Sequence record: MN148435
Strand: one strand, 5' to 3'
Length of the DNA stretch: 64,000 nucleotides
From: Shigella phage SGF2
The notes beneath the pieces are model-generated. The model was given only the letters and a program-made list of their open reading frames with translations, did not search any database and was not told the DNA's origin. Positions 10,039 to 18,693 of this stretch are shown piece by piece. How positions within the stretch are numbered: the first letter of the stretch is position 1; each line of letters opens with the position of its first letter. The position numbers and the translations under genes were made by a program.

Positions 10039-11078
10039 CAGTAGATACCGTAACTGTTAGCCCTTCGTCGGTTGCAAGTCTTCCGACGGGGGCTACTCAG
10101 CAGTTTACAGCTACAGCAGAAATGAGCGACGGCTCCACTAGCACAACTGGATTTGATTGGTCCGTTGAAGGCGGTGGGGCTGTTTCTGTTTCTGGGCTAT
10201 ATACTGCACCGAGTGCGTCGCAAGAAACCCCAGCAACTATTACGGCTACTAAAGGCGGTAAAACAGGTACTGCTATAGTTCAATCTATTTACAAACCAGC
10301 TACTATCGAAGCTAAAGCTAACATCACAGGCAAAGTAGGCGGAAGCACTACTGCTTTTTCTACAATGTTCACAGCAACTGATTCCTCAGCAGGAGATTAT
10401 TCTTTCGTAGTCACCCCTTCTTCTGCGGGAACAGTCAGTGCATCAGGCGTTTTGACTTTAAGTAATAACGCAACTGGCACAGTTACTGTCAAGGCTACCC
10501 ATAAGACCCAATCTGGGGTAGAGGCTACTGTAACGTTCACAGGCGTAGTCGCTAAAGCAGGCATTACAGGTAAGTCTGTTACCGGTAAGATTGGTGGAGA
10601 TACTGTTGCATTTGATGATTTGTTTACAGTAACCAACTCCACTGCATCTAACTACAGCTTTGTATCGAGCCCTTCTGGTATGACGACCTCTATCAACACA
10701 AATACTGGTCTTGTTACTTTGTCAGCTAATGCTACAGGGGATGTTATTATTACTGCTACTCATAAAACACAGACTGGTGTGACGGCTACTGGCACAATTA
10801 GTTCAGTAACTCCTAAAGCTACCATCACAGCTAAGACTGTAGAGGCTAAAGTCGGTGGTGATATAGTGTCTTTTGCTGAAATGTTTACGAGCAACAATGC
10901 TGCAACCGCCTTTAACTATGTAGTAACTCCGACTGCTGCGGGTACAGTGGATAGCTCTGGTAGTCTCACTCTTGCAGACGACCCGGGTGCTGAAACTGTC
11001 ACAGTTAAGGCAACACATAAATCTCAGATTATAGTTACAGCTACTTGTTCTATCCCTGCTACCCCTAAAGTAGTATAA
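10017..11078 (+). CDS. capsid C-terminal extension with four Ig-like (BIG2-type) domains, reached by -1 frameshift from capsid frame
   Basis: -1 frame open from 9957, i.e. before capsid stop; repeated ~90-aa units each ending TVKATHKTQ / IITATHKTQ / TVKATHKSQ. Confidence 0.55.
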   Translation, partial: GKGSGGVTVDTVTVSPSSVASLPTGATQQFTATAEMSDGSTSTTGFDWSVEGGGAVSVSGLYTAPSASQETPATITATKGGKTGTAIVQSIYKPATIEAKANITGKVGGSTTAFSTMFTATDSSAGDYSFVVTPSSAGTVSASGVLTLSNNATGTVTVKATHKTQSGVEATVTFTGVVAKAGITGKSVTGKIGGDTVAFDDLFTVTNSTASNYSFVSSPSGMTTSINTNTGLVTLSANATGDVIITATHKTQTGVTATGTISSVTPKATITAKTVEAKVGGDIVSFAEMFTSNNAATAFNYVVTPTAAGTVDSSGSLTLADDPGAETVTVKATHKSQIIVTATCSIPATPKVV

Positions 11079-11114
11079 TGCACAGTAACTAGTAAAGAGG
11101 TTATATAAGAATAA

Positions 11115-11143
11115 AGCCGCCTTCGGGTGGCTTTTCTTGTTTT
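11115..11143 (+). terminator. intrinsic terminator (UUCG-loop hairpin)
   Basis: agccgcc-ttcg-ggtggct followed by tttcttgtttt. Confidence 0.55.
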
Positions 11144-11165
11144 AAGACCTATACAAGCTAGTGTG

Positions 11166-11174
11166 TAATGTATA
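11166..11174 (+). promoter_or_regulatory. TAATGTATA promoter-like motif
   Basis: exact 9-mer 34 nt upstream of ATG 11208, downstream of terminator. Confidence 0.45.
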
Positions 11175-11207
11175 TTCTTTGTCTACATATAACAAGGAGG
11201 ACAACCT

Positions 11208-11960
11208 ATGGCAATGCCAGATGTTCAATACCCCATCAATACCTATGGGTGGCTAAAGAAGGCCGTGGCCCTCTGGGCAGATAGGGACGATGACGAATTT
11301 GTTAATCAAATTCCAAACTTTATTAACTTTGCAGAGAAAGAGATTTATCGTAATTTACGTATTCCTCCTCTGGAAAAAGAAGTATATTTAGATATTAAAG
11401 ATGGAGTAGCTTACATTCCTCCTGATTACTTAGAAGCTCAATGGATGATGAGAGCCAGAGATGGTACAATCTTCCAAGTAACATCTCCTGAAGAGATTAG
11501 CTATCGTAGGCAGCATGGAACAATTAACCCATCTCATTGGAATAACCAACCTGTTAACTTTGCTCGTTTCGGTAGTCGTTTCATTTTCTACCCTAGCATT
11601 GAAGCAGATACTCCTGTTTATCCTGATGATGGAAGTCCTTTGATTCCAGCAGAAAACTCAGTAATTCTTAGTTATTATGCAGACCCACCGGAATTCCATG
11701 AAGATACAGATACCAGTGCTATCCTTACTATTGCACCAGAACTTCTTCTGTACTTCACCCTACGTCATGCTTGTCTCTTTGTTCAAGATGATAATGGTGT
11801 TCAGAAATGGTCAGCATTAGGAAAAGCTATCCTTGATGAAATGGTAGAGCAGAATAAGAAACAAGAGTACTCAGGTTCACCTATCGCAATTCCGAATAAC
11901 ATGACTCGGCTTCAGAGCAGCTTGCCTGATATTTATGGTATTCGTACTTCTCGTGTATAA
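11208..11960 (+). CDS. hypothetical virion protein
   Basis: 250-aa ORF in structural module; AGGAGG RBS. Confidence 0.45.
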   Translation: MAMPDVQYPINTYGWLKKAVALWADRDDDEFVNQIPNFINFAEKEIYRNLRIPPLEKEVYLDIKDGVAYIPPDYLEAQWMMRARDGTIFQVTSPEEISYRRQHGTINPSHWNNQPVNFARFGSRFIFYPSIEADTPVYPDDGSPLIPAENSVILSYYADPPEFHEDTDTSAILTIAPELLLYFTLRHACLFVQDDNGVQKWSALGKAILDEMVEQNKKQEYSGSPIAIPNNMTRLQSSLPDIYGIRTSRV

Positions 11961-11969
11961 GGAGATAAT

Positions 11970-14804
11970 ATGATCGTTTATAATAACCAAGCACCTGATG
12001 CAGTGAATAACGTTGGGCAGTTTGGTGCTACTGAAGGCTCTATCGGAGCTTACAAGCAAGCAGCAGAATATGCAGCTGACTCCAAATATTGGGCACTGCT
12101 AGCGGAGTCTAAGTTCGGTACGATTGATGATTTGATCGCTGAAGTAGAACGTCTGTATCAACAAGGTATTCTGATGAAGCAGGATATCGAAGATCTTAAG
12201 CAGGATTTTATAGATCAAGATGCTCGTCTGATGAGCTTGATTGCTCAAACTAACGCAGCAGTCTCTGATGCTAACAATGCTGTTGCTCTCATTAATCAGA
12301 AACTTATTGAAGTTCAGAATCAGCTTGATATTCTGTTAGGAATGTCCGTTGACGTAACTACACTTCCTCCGGGAACTCCGGCTACTGGTTCTTTTAATCC
12401 GACCACTGGTGTAATCTCTTTAGGTATTCCAGAAGGTGATCCCGGAAAGGATGGTTCTGTTAAGGATTTAGATACAGCACCTACCGGTGTTCCAGAGTTA
12501 GGCGACTTAGGTTTCTATGTTGACAAAGATGACAATACTGTCCACAAAACCACTCTAGAGAACATTGCTAACTTAATCCCATCTGTTCGTTCTGTTTCTG
12601 TTAATGGAGGTCCAGCTCTTGATGGAGAAGTTGCTCTAACGTTTAACAAAGAGACAGTAGGTTTAGGGAATGTTCTGAACGTTGCTCAATACAGCCGTCA
12701 AGAGATTAATGACAAGTTTGACAAAACTACCAAGACATACCAATCAAAAGCAGAAGCTGATGCTGATGCTCAGTACCGTCAAGTTGGAGAGCAGGTCTTA
12801 GTTTGGGAAGCTACTAAGTATGAATTCTATACAGTTGCTGCTAACAAAACACTAACTCCTGTTAAAACTGAAGGTAGAATCCTTACCGTTAACTCCCGTT
12901 CTCCAGACTCTAGTGGTAACATTGACATTACCATTCCAACAGGAAACCCATCTCTGTATCTTGGTGAGATGGTAATGTTTCCTTATGACCCAACGAAGAA
13001 TATCTCATATCCGGGGGTTCTTCCTGCCGATGGTCGTTTGGTGTCAAAAGAGTCTGCTCTAGACTTAGGCCCATCTCTAGTCAGTGGTCAGCTTCCTGTG
13101 GTCTCTGAAACAGAATGGCAGGGTGGTGCTCGTCAGTATTTCTCTTGGGGTAAGTTAGCAGATGGGGTCACTGATGCGGATTCTACTAACTTCACTAGTA
13201 TCCGACTTCCTGATTGGACTGGCGGTGAGGCTATTAGATCTCCTGATTCAAATAAAGATGCTAATTACAAAGGTCGTGTTCAATCTCAGATCCCTTACAT
13301 TGTAACCGTAAACGGAAAAGCTCCTGATGATACTAATGGTAACGTAGTCCTCACAGCTGCTAATGTTGGGGCCTTTAGTATATCTAATAACTTGTCTGAG
13401 ATTACGAACACAAGTCAAGCTATCAAGAACATAGGACTTGCTGATCATGGTATAGCAACCGCCTCCTTGGTTAAGTTAAGCTCTTTTGATTGGCAGACGT
13501 TCGTTTTTACTAACTCAGCCAGATATTATGTGGACTACTCTGCCATGACTAACCGGCCAGAAGGATTGACCTACTCTTCTGATACAGGTCTTTTTATTGA
13601 AGTTATAGGGGTTGCTGGTTCAGCTTTAGAGGTTCGAATTGTCCCATTTACTAACACAAACGCAAAGTACATTACTTACGCTGTTAGGGCAAGTGGCGCC
13701 ATAGGTAGTCGCACATTTATAGTACGAGAAGAGCTGTCTTCCGCACTCCCTGTGACTGTTTCTCAGGGCGGAACTGGAGCAACCACTGCTGATGATGCTC
13801 GATTGGCACTTATTGCAGCTAAAAGTGGGGATAACTATGATATCACATCCCTCCACAATCTCACTACAGCACTATCAATGGAACAGGGTGGCACAGGAGC
13901 TACTTCAGAAACAGCAGCTCGTGTTAATTTGAAAGTTGATAAACTTGTTCAGAGTTCAACTGATACTAAGCTCTTAGATGGCTCAGGGGATCATACGTTC
14001 TTTATTACAGACACTGATTGGGGGTATTTCAGTAATTCAGATTCTTCTCGAATTGCTCTACCGATAATAAGCGGGGGTACGGGAGGGAAGACTCCAGCAG
14101 AAGCTTCTGAAAAACTAGCAGCAATGCACTATCAGTATGATTCCTCAGTCTACTACGGTGGTGATGATTTACCAACTGGTATTGGATTCTACAGCGGGGA
14201 CACGTCACCCTTTCCGGGAGGTAATGGGGCACCCTTCACATATGCAGAGATAATGACTATTTCTGAAGGTGGTCGTGGAGGTAACTGGTCCCAAATAGGG
14301 TTCTCTACTATCACGTATGAAGCCCCTCGCTACAGACAAAGGACTAGTAACCCTTCTTTAATCACAAACTGGCGTGAGTTCTTAATAAGGGATTTGAACA
14401 CTACCGTAGATGTTAATGGTTTTGTTAAGATTGCATCGCCTATAGTCAAACTAAAATCTGATGGTTCTTCTGAAGTTAATGACCAAGCCCAAGGAGTAAC
14501 AACCGAAAGATTAGATGTTGGTGTTTACAAGATATCTGGGACTTTAGGGTTTAACTCGGATGCATCTTGGGGCGGTATCGAAGGTGGTTTTTCTATTCCA
14601 CAAAACTCCAATGGGTTACCTCTTCTTTGGGTTGATTATGAAGTTGATGAAGAAGGTGATATTACTCTGAAAACTTACCATCGAACTCATGAGGGAGTTC
14701 CTTCTTTTGCCAGTAATGTAATAGAGGGTGTGACAGATGGAGAACCTATCGATATTCCTGTTGGAAGATGGATTGACCTACGTGTTGAAATGCCTTCTAA
14801 ATGA
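11970..14804 (+). CDS. tail fibre / tail-associated structural protein
   Basis: 944 aa; N-terminal coiled-coil-like region, G/S/T-rich beta-type C-terminal region. Confidence 0.45.
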   Translation: MIVYNNQAPDAVNNVGQFGATEGSIGAYKQAAEYAADSKYWALLAESKFGTIDDLIAEVERLYQQGILMKQDIEDLKQDFIDQDARLMSLIAQTNAAVSDANNAVALINQKLIEVQNQLDILLGMSVDVTTLPPGTPATGSFNPTTGVISLGIPEGDPGKDGSVKDLDTAPTGVPELGDLGFYVDKDDNTVHKTTLENIANLIPSVRSVSVNGGPALDGEVALTFNKETVGLGNVLNVAQYSRQEINDKFDKTTKTYQSKAEADADAQYRQVGEQVLVWEATKYEFYTVAANKTLTPVKTEGRILTVNSRSPDSSGNIDITIPTGNPSLYLGEMVMFPYDPTKNISYPGVLPADGRLVSKESALDLGPSLVSGQLPVVSETEWQGGARQYFSWGKLADGVTDADSTNFTSIRLPDWTGGEAIRSPDSNKDANYKGRVQSQIPYIVTVNGKAPDDTNGNVVLTAANVGAFSISNNLSEITNTSQAIKNIGLADHGIATASLVKLSSFDWQTFVFTNSARYYVDYSAMTNRPEGLTYSSDTGLFIEVIGVAGSALEVRIVPFTNTNAKYITYAVRASGAIGSRTFIVREELSSALPVTVSQGGTGATTADDARLALIAAKSGDNYDITSLHNLTTALSMEQGGTGATSETAARVNLKVDKLVQSSTDTKLLDGSGDHTFFITDTDWGYFSNSDSSRIALPIISGGTGGKTPAEASEKLAAMHYQYDSSVYYGGDDLPTGIGFYSGDTSPFPGGNGAPFTYAEIMTISEGGRGGNWSQIGFSTITYEAPRYRQRTSNPSLITNWREFLIRDLNTTVDVNGFVKIASPIVKLKSDGSSEVNDQAQGVTTERLDVGVYKISGTLGFNSDASWGGIEGGFSIPQNSNGLPLLWVDYEVDEEGDITLKTYHRTHEGVPSFASNVIEGVTDGEPIDIPVGRWIDLRVEMPSK

Positions 14805-14813
14805 AACAAGAAT

Positions 14814-14833
14814 GCTCCCTTCGGGGAGCTTTA
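14814..14833 (+). terminator. UUCG-loop hairpin, weak U-tract
   Basis: gctccc-ttcg-gggagc then ttta. Confidence 0.3.
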
Positions 14834-14844
14834 AGGAGAAATAA

Positions 14845-17037
14845 ATGTCTAGAGAATTAATGCCCAAATCTGGCATAATGATGCCCCACGTAGTTGTAAC
14901 CAGAGATGCGGCTGTTGTTGGTGTTTCTACTGTAGATGGACAGGCCGGGGCTATTGACCTCACTGGAAAGTATTTACAGAAAACCGATGCAGCTGCTACA
15001 TATCAGACTAAAGTGGAAGGTGCGTCTAAAGATTTTGTACTGGATTCAATTCAACCTATTATGTCTGGTGCCCTATTCAGGGAAGACCCTTGGGTTGTGA
15101 ATGATACACCTTTCCGTTCTACTGGAGCTAATGGTGTAGAGTCAGTAGATATGATGAAAGTTACTACTGATAACTCAATTAAGATTGGCAGTTATGCTTC
15201 TTCTGTTCAGGGGGTAGAGATTCACTCTGCTGGTCGTCTTCAAGTAGTAGACCAGAATGACTCTGGAGTAGAAACTAAGTATCCAGTTTATTCTAAACGG
15301 TATCGTCCAGAGATTGAGGATTTGCCTTTTGCTGCAATTGGTTCTTATGTCAAAGATTCCAAAGGCCGCACTATTGGGGTTAATCGTACAGGTATTAACT
15401 CTGATATCAAACAACTTACTCAGAAGGTAACGTTTACTCAGCCAGTAACTGTTGCTGATGCTGTTGGTGATTATGATGCAGTCACTTTGAGGCAGCTTCG
15501 AAACAGTGGTGGTGGTTCTGGTGGTCCTACAATGAGTGGCATTTCTAACTTTGGGATTGGGGATTTTCACCTACGGGATAGTCGAGCTTTCATTCCAGCT
15601 TTTGAAGTGACATCTGATGGTCAGCTTCTTAATCGTGCTGACTACCCAGACCTTTGGGCATACGCTCAACTACTATCCCCAATTGAAGACTCTCTTTGGT
15701 TGTCTAATATCTATCAGAGAGGTAGATACTCTACAGGTGATGGCACCACCACTTTCCGTGTCCCTGACCGAAATGGTATTCAGCCTAACTCTCTTTCAGC
15801 TCTTTATGGACGAGGTGATGGGGGTGCTTCCGCAGCTAACGGTCAAGTGTTTGACTCTGCGGCCCCAGACATTATAGGCTCTGTTGCAGCATACTCTGCT
15901 GGAACTTATGCCCAGGTTTTTGGGTTAGCTACTAATGCCTTTGAGTCTAACAATGCCCTCTTTCCTGAGGGTTCAGGTGATACAATACCTCCGGGGTCTG
16001 GGCCAGTTACTGGTCGAAACAACACCCTTGAGTTCAAAGCTTCCAGATATAATGGAATTTATGGTCGTAGTAATACAGAGATTATGGGTCGTAACTTTGT
16101 TGGTGTTTGGACTATTCGTGCTAATGGTGGGTTTGTCGCTGCTAATACTTCTTGGAGTGTCATTAACAGTGATAGCGCAGCTCCGGCTTTAAATACTTCT
16201 GTGGTTGGTGGTAAGGTAGAATCTAAATATACTAACCCAACCTCTTCCCAATATGCTCGTATGTATATTTCCTCTTCTTGGGGAAGTGTTTGCTCTGCCG
16301 TGATCGAAGCACAGGGTGCAAGTACTCACGCTTATAAGTTTTATGAGGATGGCACTGTTGATTTTAGGCAGTCTGGTAAGACAAACCCATTCCGCATGTA
16401 CACACCAACTGGAACTTGGACTGGACTGACGGATGCGGGGTCAAACAATTTAACCACCAATGGAATGGATAGGGTGGCGATTTCTAGTGGCTCTGACACA
16501 GTGGTGCGTGGGTACTCTATTGGAGGATCTAAACCTAATGGTTATCCAACCAAGGTTGGGTATCATATGTATTTGCCGGGAAGTAACGCCTTTGGTATCG
16601 CCTGTACAACTATTGGAGGAGACAACGGAAAGTTCTGTCGATATTTTTACGACATAGACGGGCAGATGTATGGCTCAACTGATTATGGAAACTTTAGCTA
16701 TACAAAGAGTGGTGTCTCGGATGAAAACCTGAAACATAACATTGTTGATATTGATGCAGAAAGAGCTATTGAAGTAATAAAAGGACTGAAGTTCAAATCC
16801 TTTGTTTACAACGATGATGAGAGGAATCGATCTCGTCGTGGTATCATTGCACAGCAGGCAGAGACGGTAGAACCTCTGTATGTCAAGACTCGCAAATACC
16901 CAGGAATGGAGAAAGGCTCTCCAGAAATTGAGCAGAAAGAGCTAGATACTACTCCAATGCTCCTTGACACTATGCAAGTAGTTCAAGATCTTCTGAAGCG
17001 TATTGAGATTCTAGAATCAAAACTAGCAGAGAAGTAA
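14845..17037 (+). CDS. tail fibre/spike with C-terminal intramolecular chaperone (peptidase S74-type) domain
   Basis: 730 aa; C-terminal GVSDENLKHNIVDI...GLKFKSFVYN matches the SD(E)xLKxNI auto-cleaving chaperone signature. Confidence 0.7.
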   Translation: MSRELMPKSGIMMPHVVVTRDAAVVGVSTVDGQAGAIDLTGKYLQKTDAAATYQTKVEGASKDFVLDSIQPIMSGALFREDPWVVNDTPFRSTGANGVESVDMMKVTTDNSIKIGSYASSVQGVEIHSAGRLQVVDQNDSGVETKYPVYSKRYRPEIEDLPFAAIGSYVKDSKGRTIGVNRTGINSDIKQLTQKVTFTQPVTVADAVGDYDAVTLRQLRNSGGGSGGPTMSGISNFGIGDFHLRDSRAFIPAFEVTSDGQLLNRADYPDLWAYAQLLSPIEDSLWLSNIYQRGRYSTGDGTTTFRVPDRNGIQPNSLSALYGRGDGGASAANGQVFDSAAPDIIGSVAAYSAGTYAQVFGLATNAFESNNALFPEGSGDTIPPGSGPVTGRNNTLEFKASRYNGIYGRSNTEIMGRNFVGVWTIRANGGFVAANTSWSVINSDSAAPALNTSVVGGKVESKYTNPTSSQYARMYISSSWGSVCSAVIEAQGASTHAYKFYEDGTVDFRQSGKTNPFRMYTPTGTWTGLTDAGSNNLTTNGMDRVAISSGSDTVVRGYSIGGSKPNGYPTKVGYHMYLPGSNAFGIACTTIGGDNGKFCRYFYDIDGQMYGSTDYGNFSYTKSGVSDENLKHNIVDIDAERAIEVIKGLKFKSFVYNDDERNRSRRGIIAQQAETVEPLYVKTRKYPGMEKGSPEIEQKELDTTPMLLDTMQVVQDLLKRIEILESKLAEK

Positions 17038-17041
17038 TATA

Positions 17042-17060
17042 AGCCCCTTCGGGGGCTTTA
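17042..17060 (+). terminator. UUCG-loop hairpin, weak U-tract
   Basis: agcccc-ttcg-ggggct then tta. Confidence 0.3.
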
Positions 17061-17129
17061 GTAGTAAGTACCCTTAGTAAGTAATGAAACTAATATATCC
17101 CAAGAGGTTAATATATAGGAGACACTTAA

Positions 17130-17348
17130 ATGAAAATGATGAAACAAGCTGCATATGGTTTAATCTGTTTAGGCGCAGGTGTTGTGGTATCAACCGCAGT
17201 TCCTGTAAGCGCAGTTCATCCATTAGTAACTGTCCCTGCTCCAGTAGAGAAGCTTAGCTCTCAATGCAAGCAGAGAACAATTCAAAATAACCTAGTTGTT
17301 ATTTGTCCTGATGCTGAATCTAACGCTCTGAGAAAGATACTACCTTAA
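17130..17348 (+). CDS. small secreted or membrane protein
   Basis: 72 aa; N-terminal hydrophobic segment AAYGLICLGAGVVVSTAVPVSA. Confidence 0.35.
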   Translation: MKMMKQAAYGLICLGAGVVVSTAVPVSAVHPLVTVPAPVEKLSSQCKQRTIQNNLVVICPDAESNALRKILP

Positions 17349-17376
17349 TTTAAAGGGACCACAAAGGAGGTTAGAA

Positions 17377-17868
17377 ATGGATAACGCCGCATTGCCACCT
17401 GTACAACTAAACTTAAGCCCAGCTGGAATGGAATTCATCATGAAGCACGAGGGTATGAGAACCAAGGCTTATAAAGATTCCGCAGGTATCTGGACTATAT
17501 GTGTAGGGGCTACGCGCGATATGAATGGTTATCCGGTTAGACAAGGATTAACGTATTCTATAGAGGATTGTCTAGCTCTGCTAGATAGAGACACACAAGA
17601 CTCTGTTCGTGCTACTCAGAAGAACATAAAGATTCCTTTGCTAGTTCATGAGTTTGATGCACTCACTTCTTTCAACTTCAACGTTGGCAGTGGGGCTTTG
17701 AGCACATCTAAGTTAAGGAAGGTTATCAATGGAGAAGTGAAAGGGGATGTTTATTCCGAATTTCTTCGTTGGGATAAAATAACGGTCAGGGGAGAAAAGC
17801 AGAGAAGTCAGGGTCTTCATAACAGAAGGGTTGCAGAAGCTGATCTTTACACTGAAGGTAAATATTAA
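17377..17868 (+). CDS. lysozyme (GH24, T4 lysozyme-like)
   Basis: HEGMRTKAYKDSAGIWTICVGAT matches the E-x8-D-x5-T catalytic triad spacing of T4-type lysozymes. Confidence 0.75.
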   Translation: MDNAALPPVQLNLSPAGMEFIMKHEGMRTKAYKDSAGIWTICVGATRDMNGYPVRQGLTYSIEDCLALLDRDTQDSVRATQKNIKIPLLVHEFDALTSFNFNVGSGALSTSKLRKVINGEVKGDVYSEFLRWDKITVRGEKQRSQGLHNRRVAEADLYTEGKY

Positions 17869-17880
17869 TGGAGGTGCCTT

Positions 17881-18684
17881 TTGGCTATCGAAACTAATGC
17901 GGTAGTTGTTACCGATTTAAACCCACTCTATCCTAGAGATAGGGATTATATCTATGAAGGGGCGGCTCAAATCCGCCTCATTAAACAAACACTACAGAAC
18001 ACATTCCCCAATGTCACAGAACCAGTTGATATTGATTCTGACACTTTTAAGATTATGTCAGAGAAGCTCAAGTTTACTGGTGATGCAATGGATGTTGGTG
18101 GTCTGATGATTAAGAACGTCACTCCGGGGACTGGTGACAAAGATGTTGTTACTAAGGGTCAGATGGAAGCGTTCATGAAGAACTGGATGGAGAATAAACT
18201 CTATCGAATTGGCTCTTACTACATCACTGAAGAAGATATTAACCCCGGTGATTCTATCTCCTTAGGGTTTGGCTCTTGGGCTAAAGTGACTGGTGTTATC
18301 ATGGGTACTGGTGTTGTAAACCCTGATGGTTCTGTTCCTAATGCTCAGAGAGTTGAGTTCCAAGCAGGCGGTACAGGTGGTCGTGTCTTTAATACCATTC
18401 GTACAGAGAACGTACCTTTGATGACAGTTAATGGCTCCAGCTTCTCCTTATCCAGTAACACCCACAGTCACAACATGGTGTTTGGTCGTGGGGATGCTAG
18501 CGGTCATAACAGCTCACCTAACTGGTACAGTCCGGGTAGTGGTTATAGTCAGAGAACAGAGAATGACACACACTCTCATACAATCTCTGGTAGTGTGAGT
18601 CTTGGTCGTGATGACATTTCTCGTCAACCTATTAACACTTTGCCACCATTCAGAGCGGCTCACATTTGGAGACGTATTAGCTAA
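17881..18684 (+). CDS. tail fibre-like structural protein
   Basis: 267 aa, G/S/T-rich; position in tail module. Confidence 0.4.
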   Translation: MAIETNAVVVTDLNPLYPRDRDYIYEGAAQIRLIKQTLQNTFPNVTEPVDIDSDTFKIMSEKLKFTGDAMDVGGLMIKNVTPGTGDKDVVTKGQMEAFMKNWMENKLYRIGSYYITEEDINPGDSISLGFGSWAKVTGVIMGTGVVNPDGSVPNAQRVEFQAGGTGGRVFNTIRTENVPLMTVNGSSFSLSSNTHSHNMVFGRGDASGHNSSPNWYSPGSGYSQRTENDTHSHTISGSVSLGRDDISRQPINTLPPFRAAHIWRRIS

Positions 18685-18693
18685 GGAGGAATT

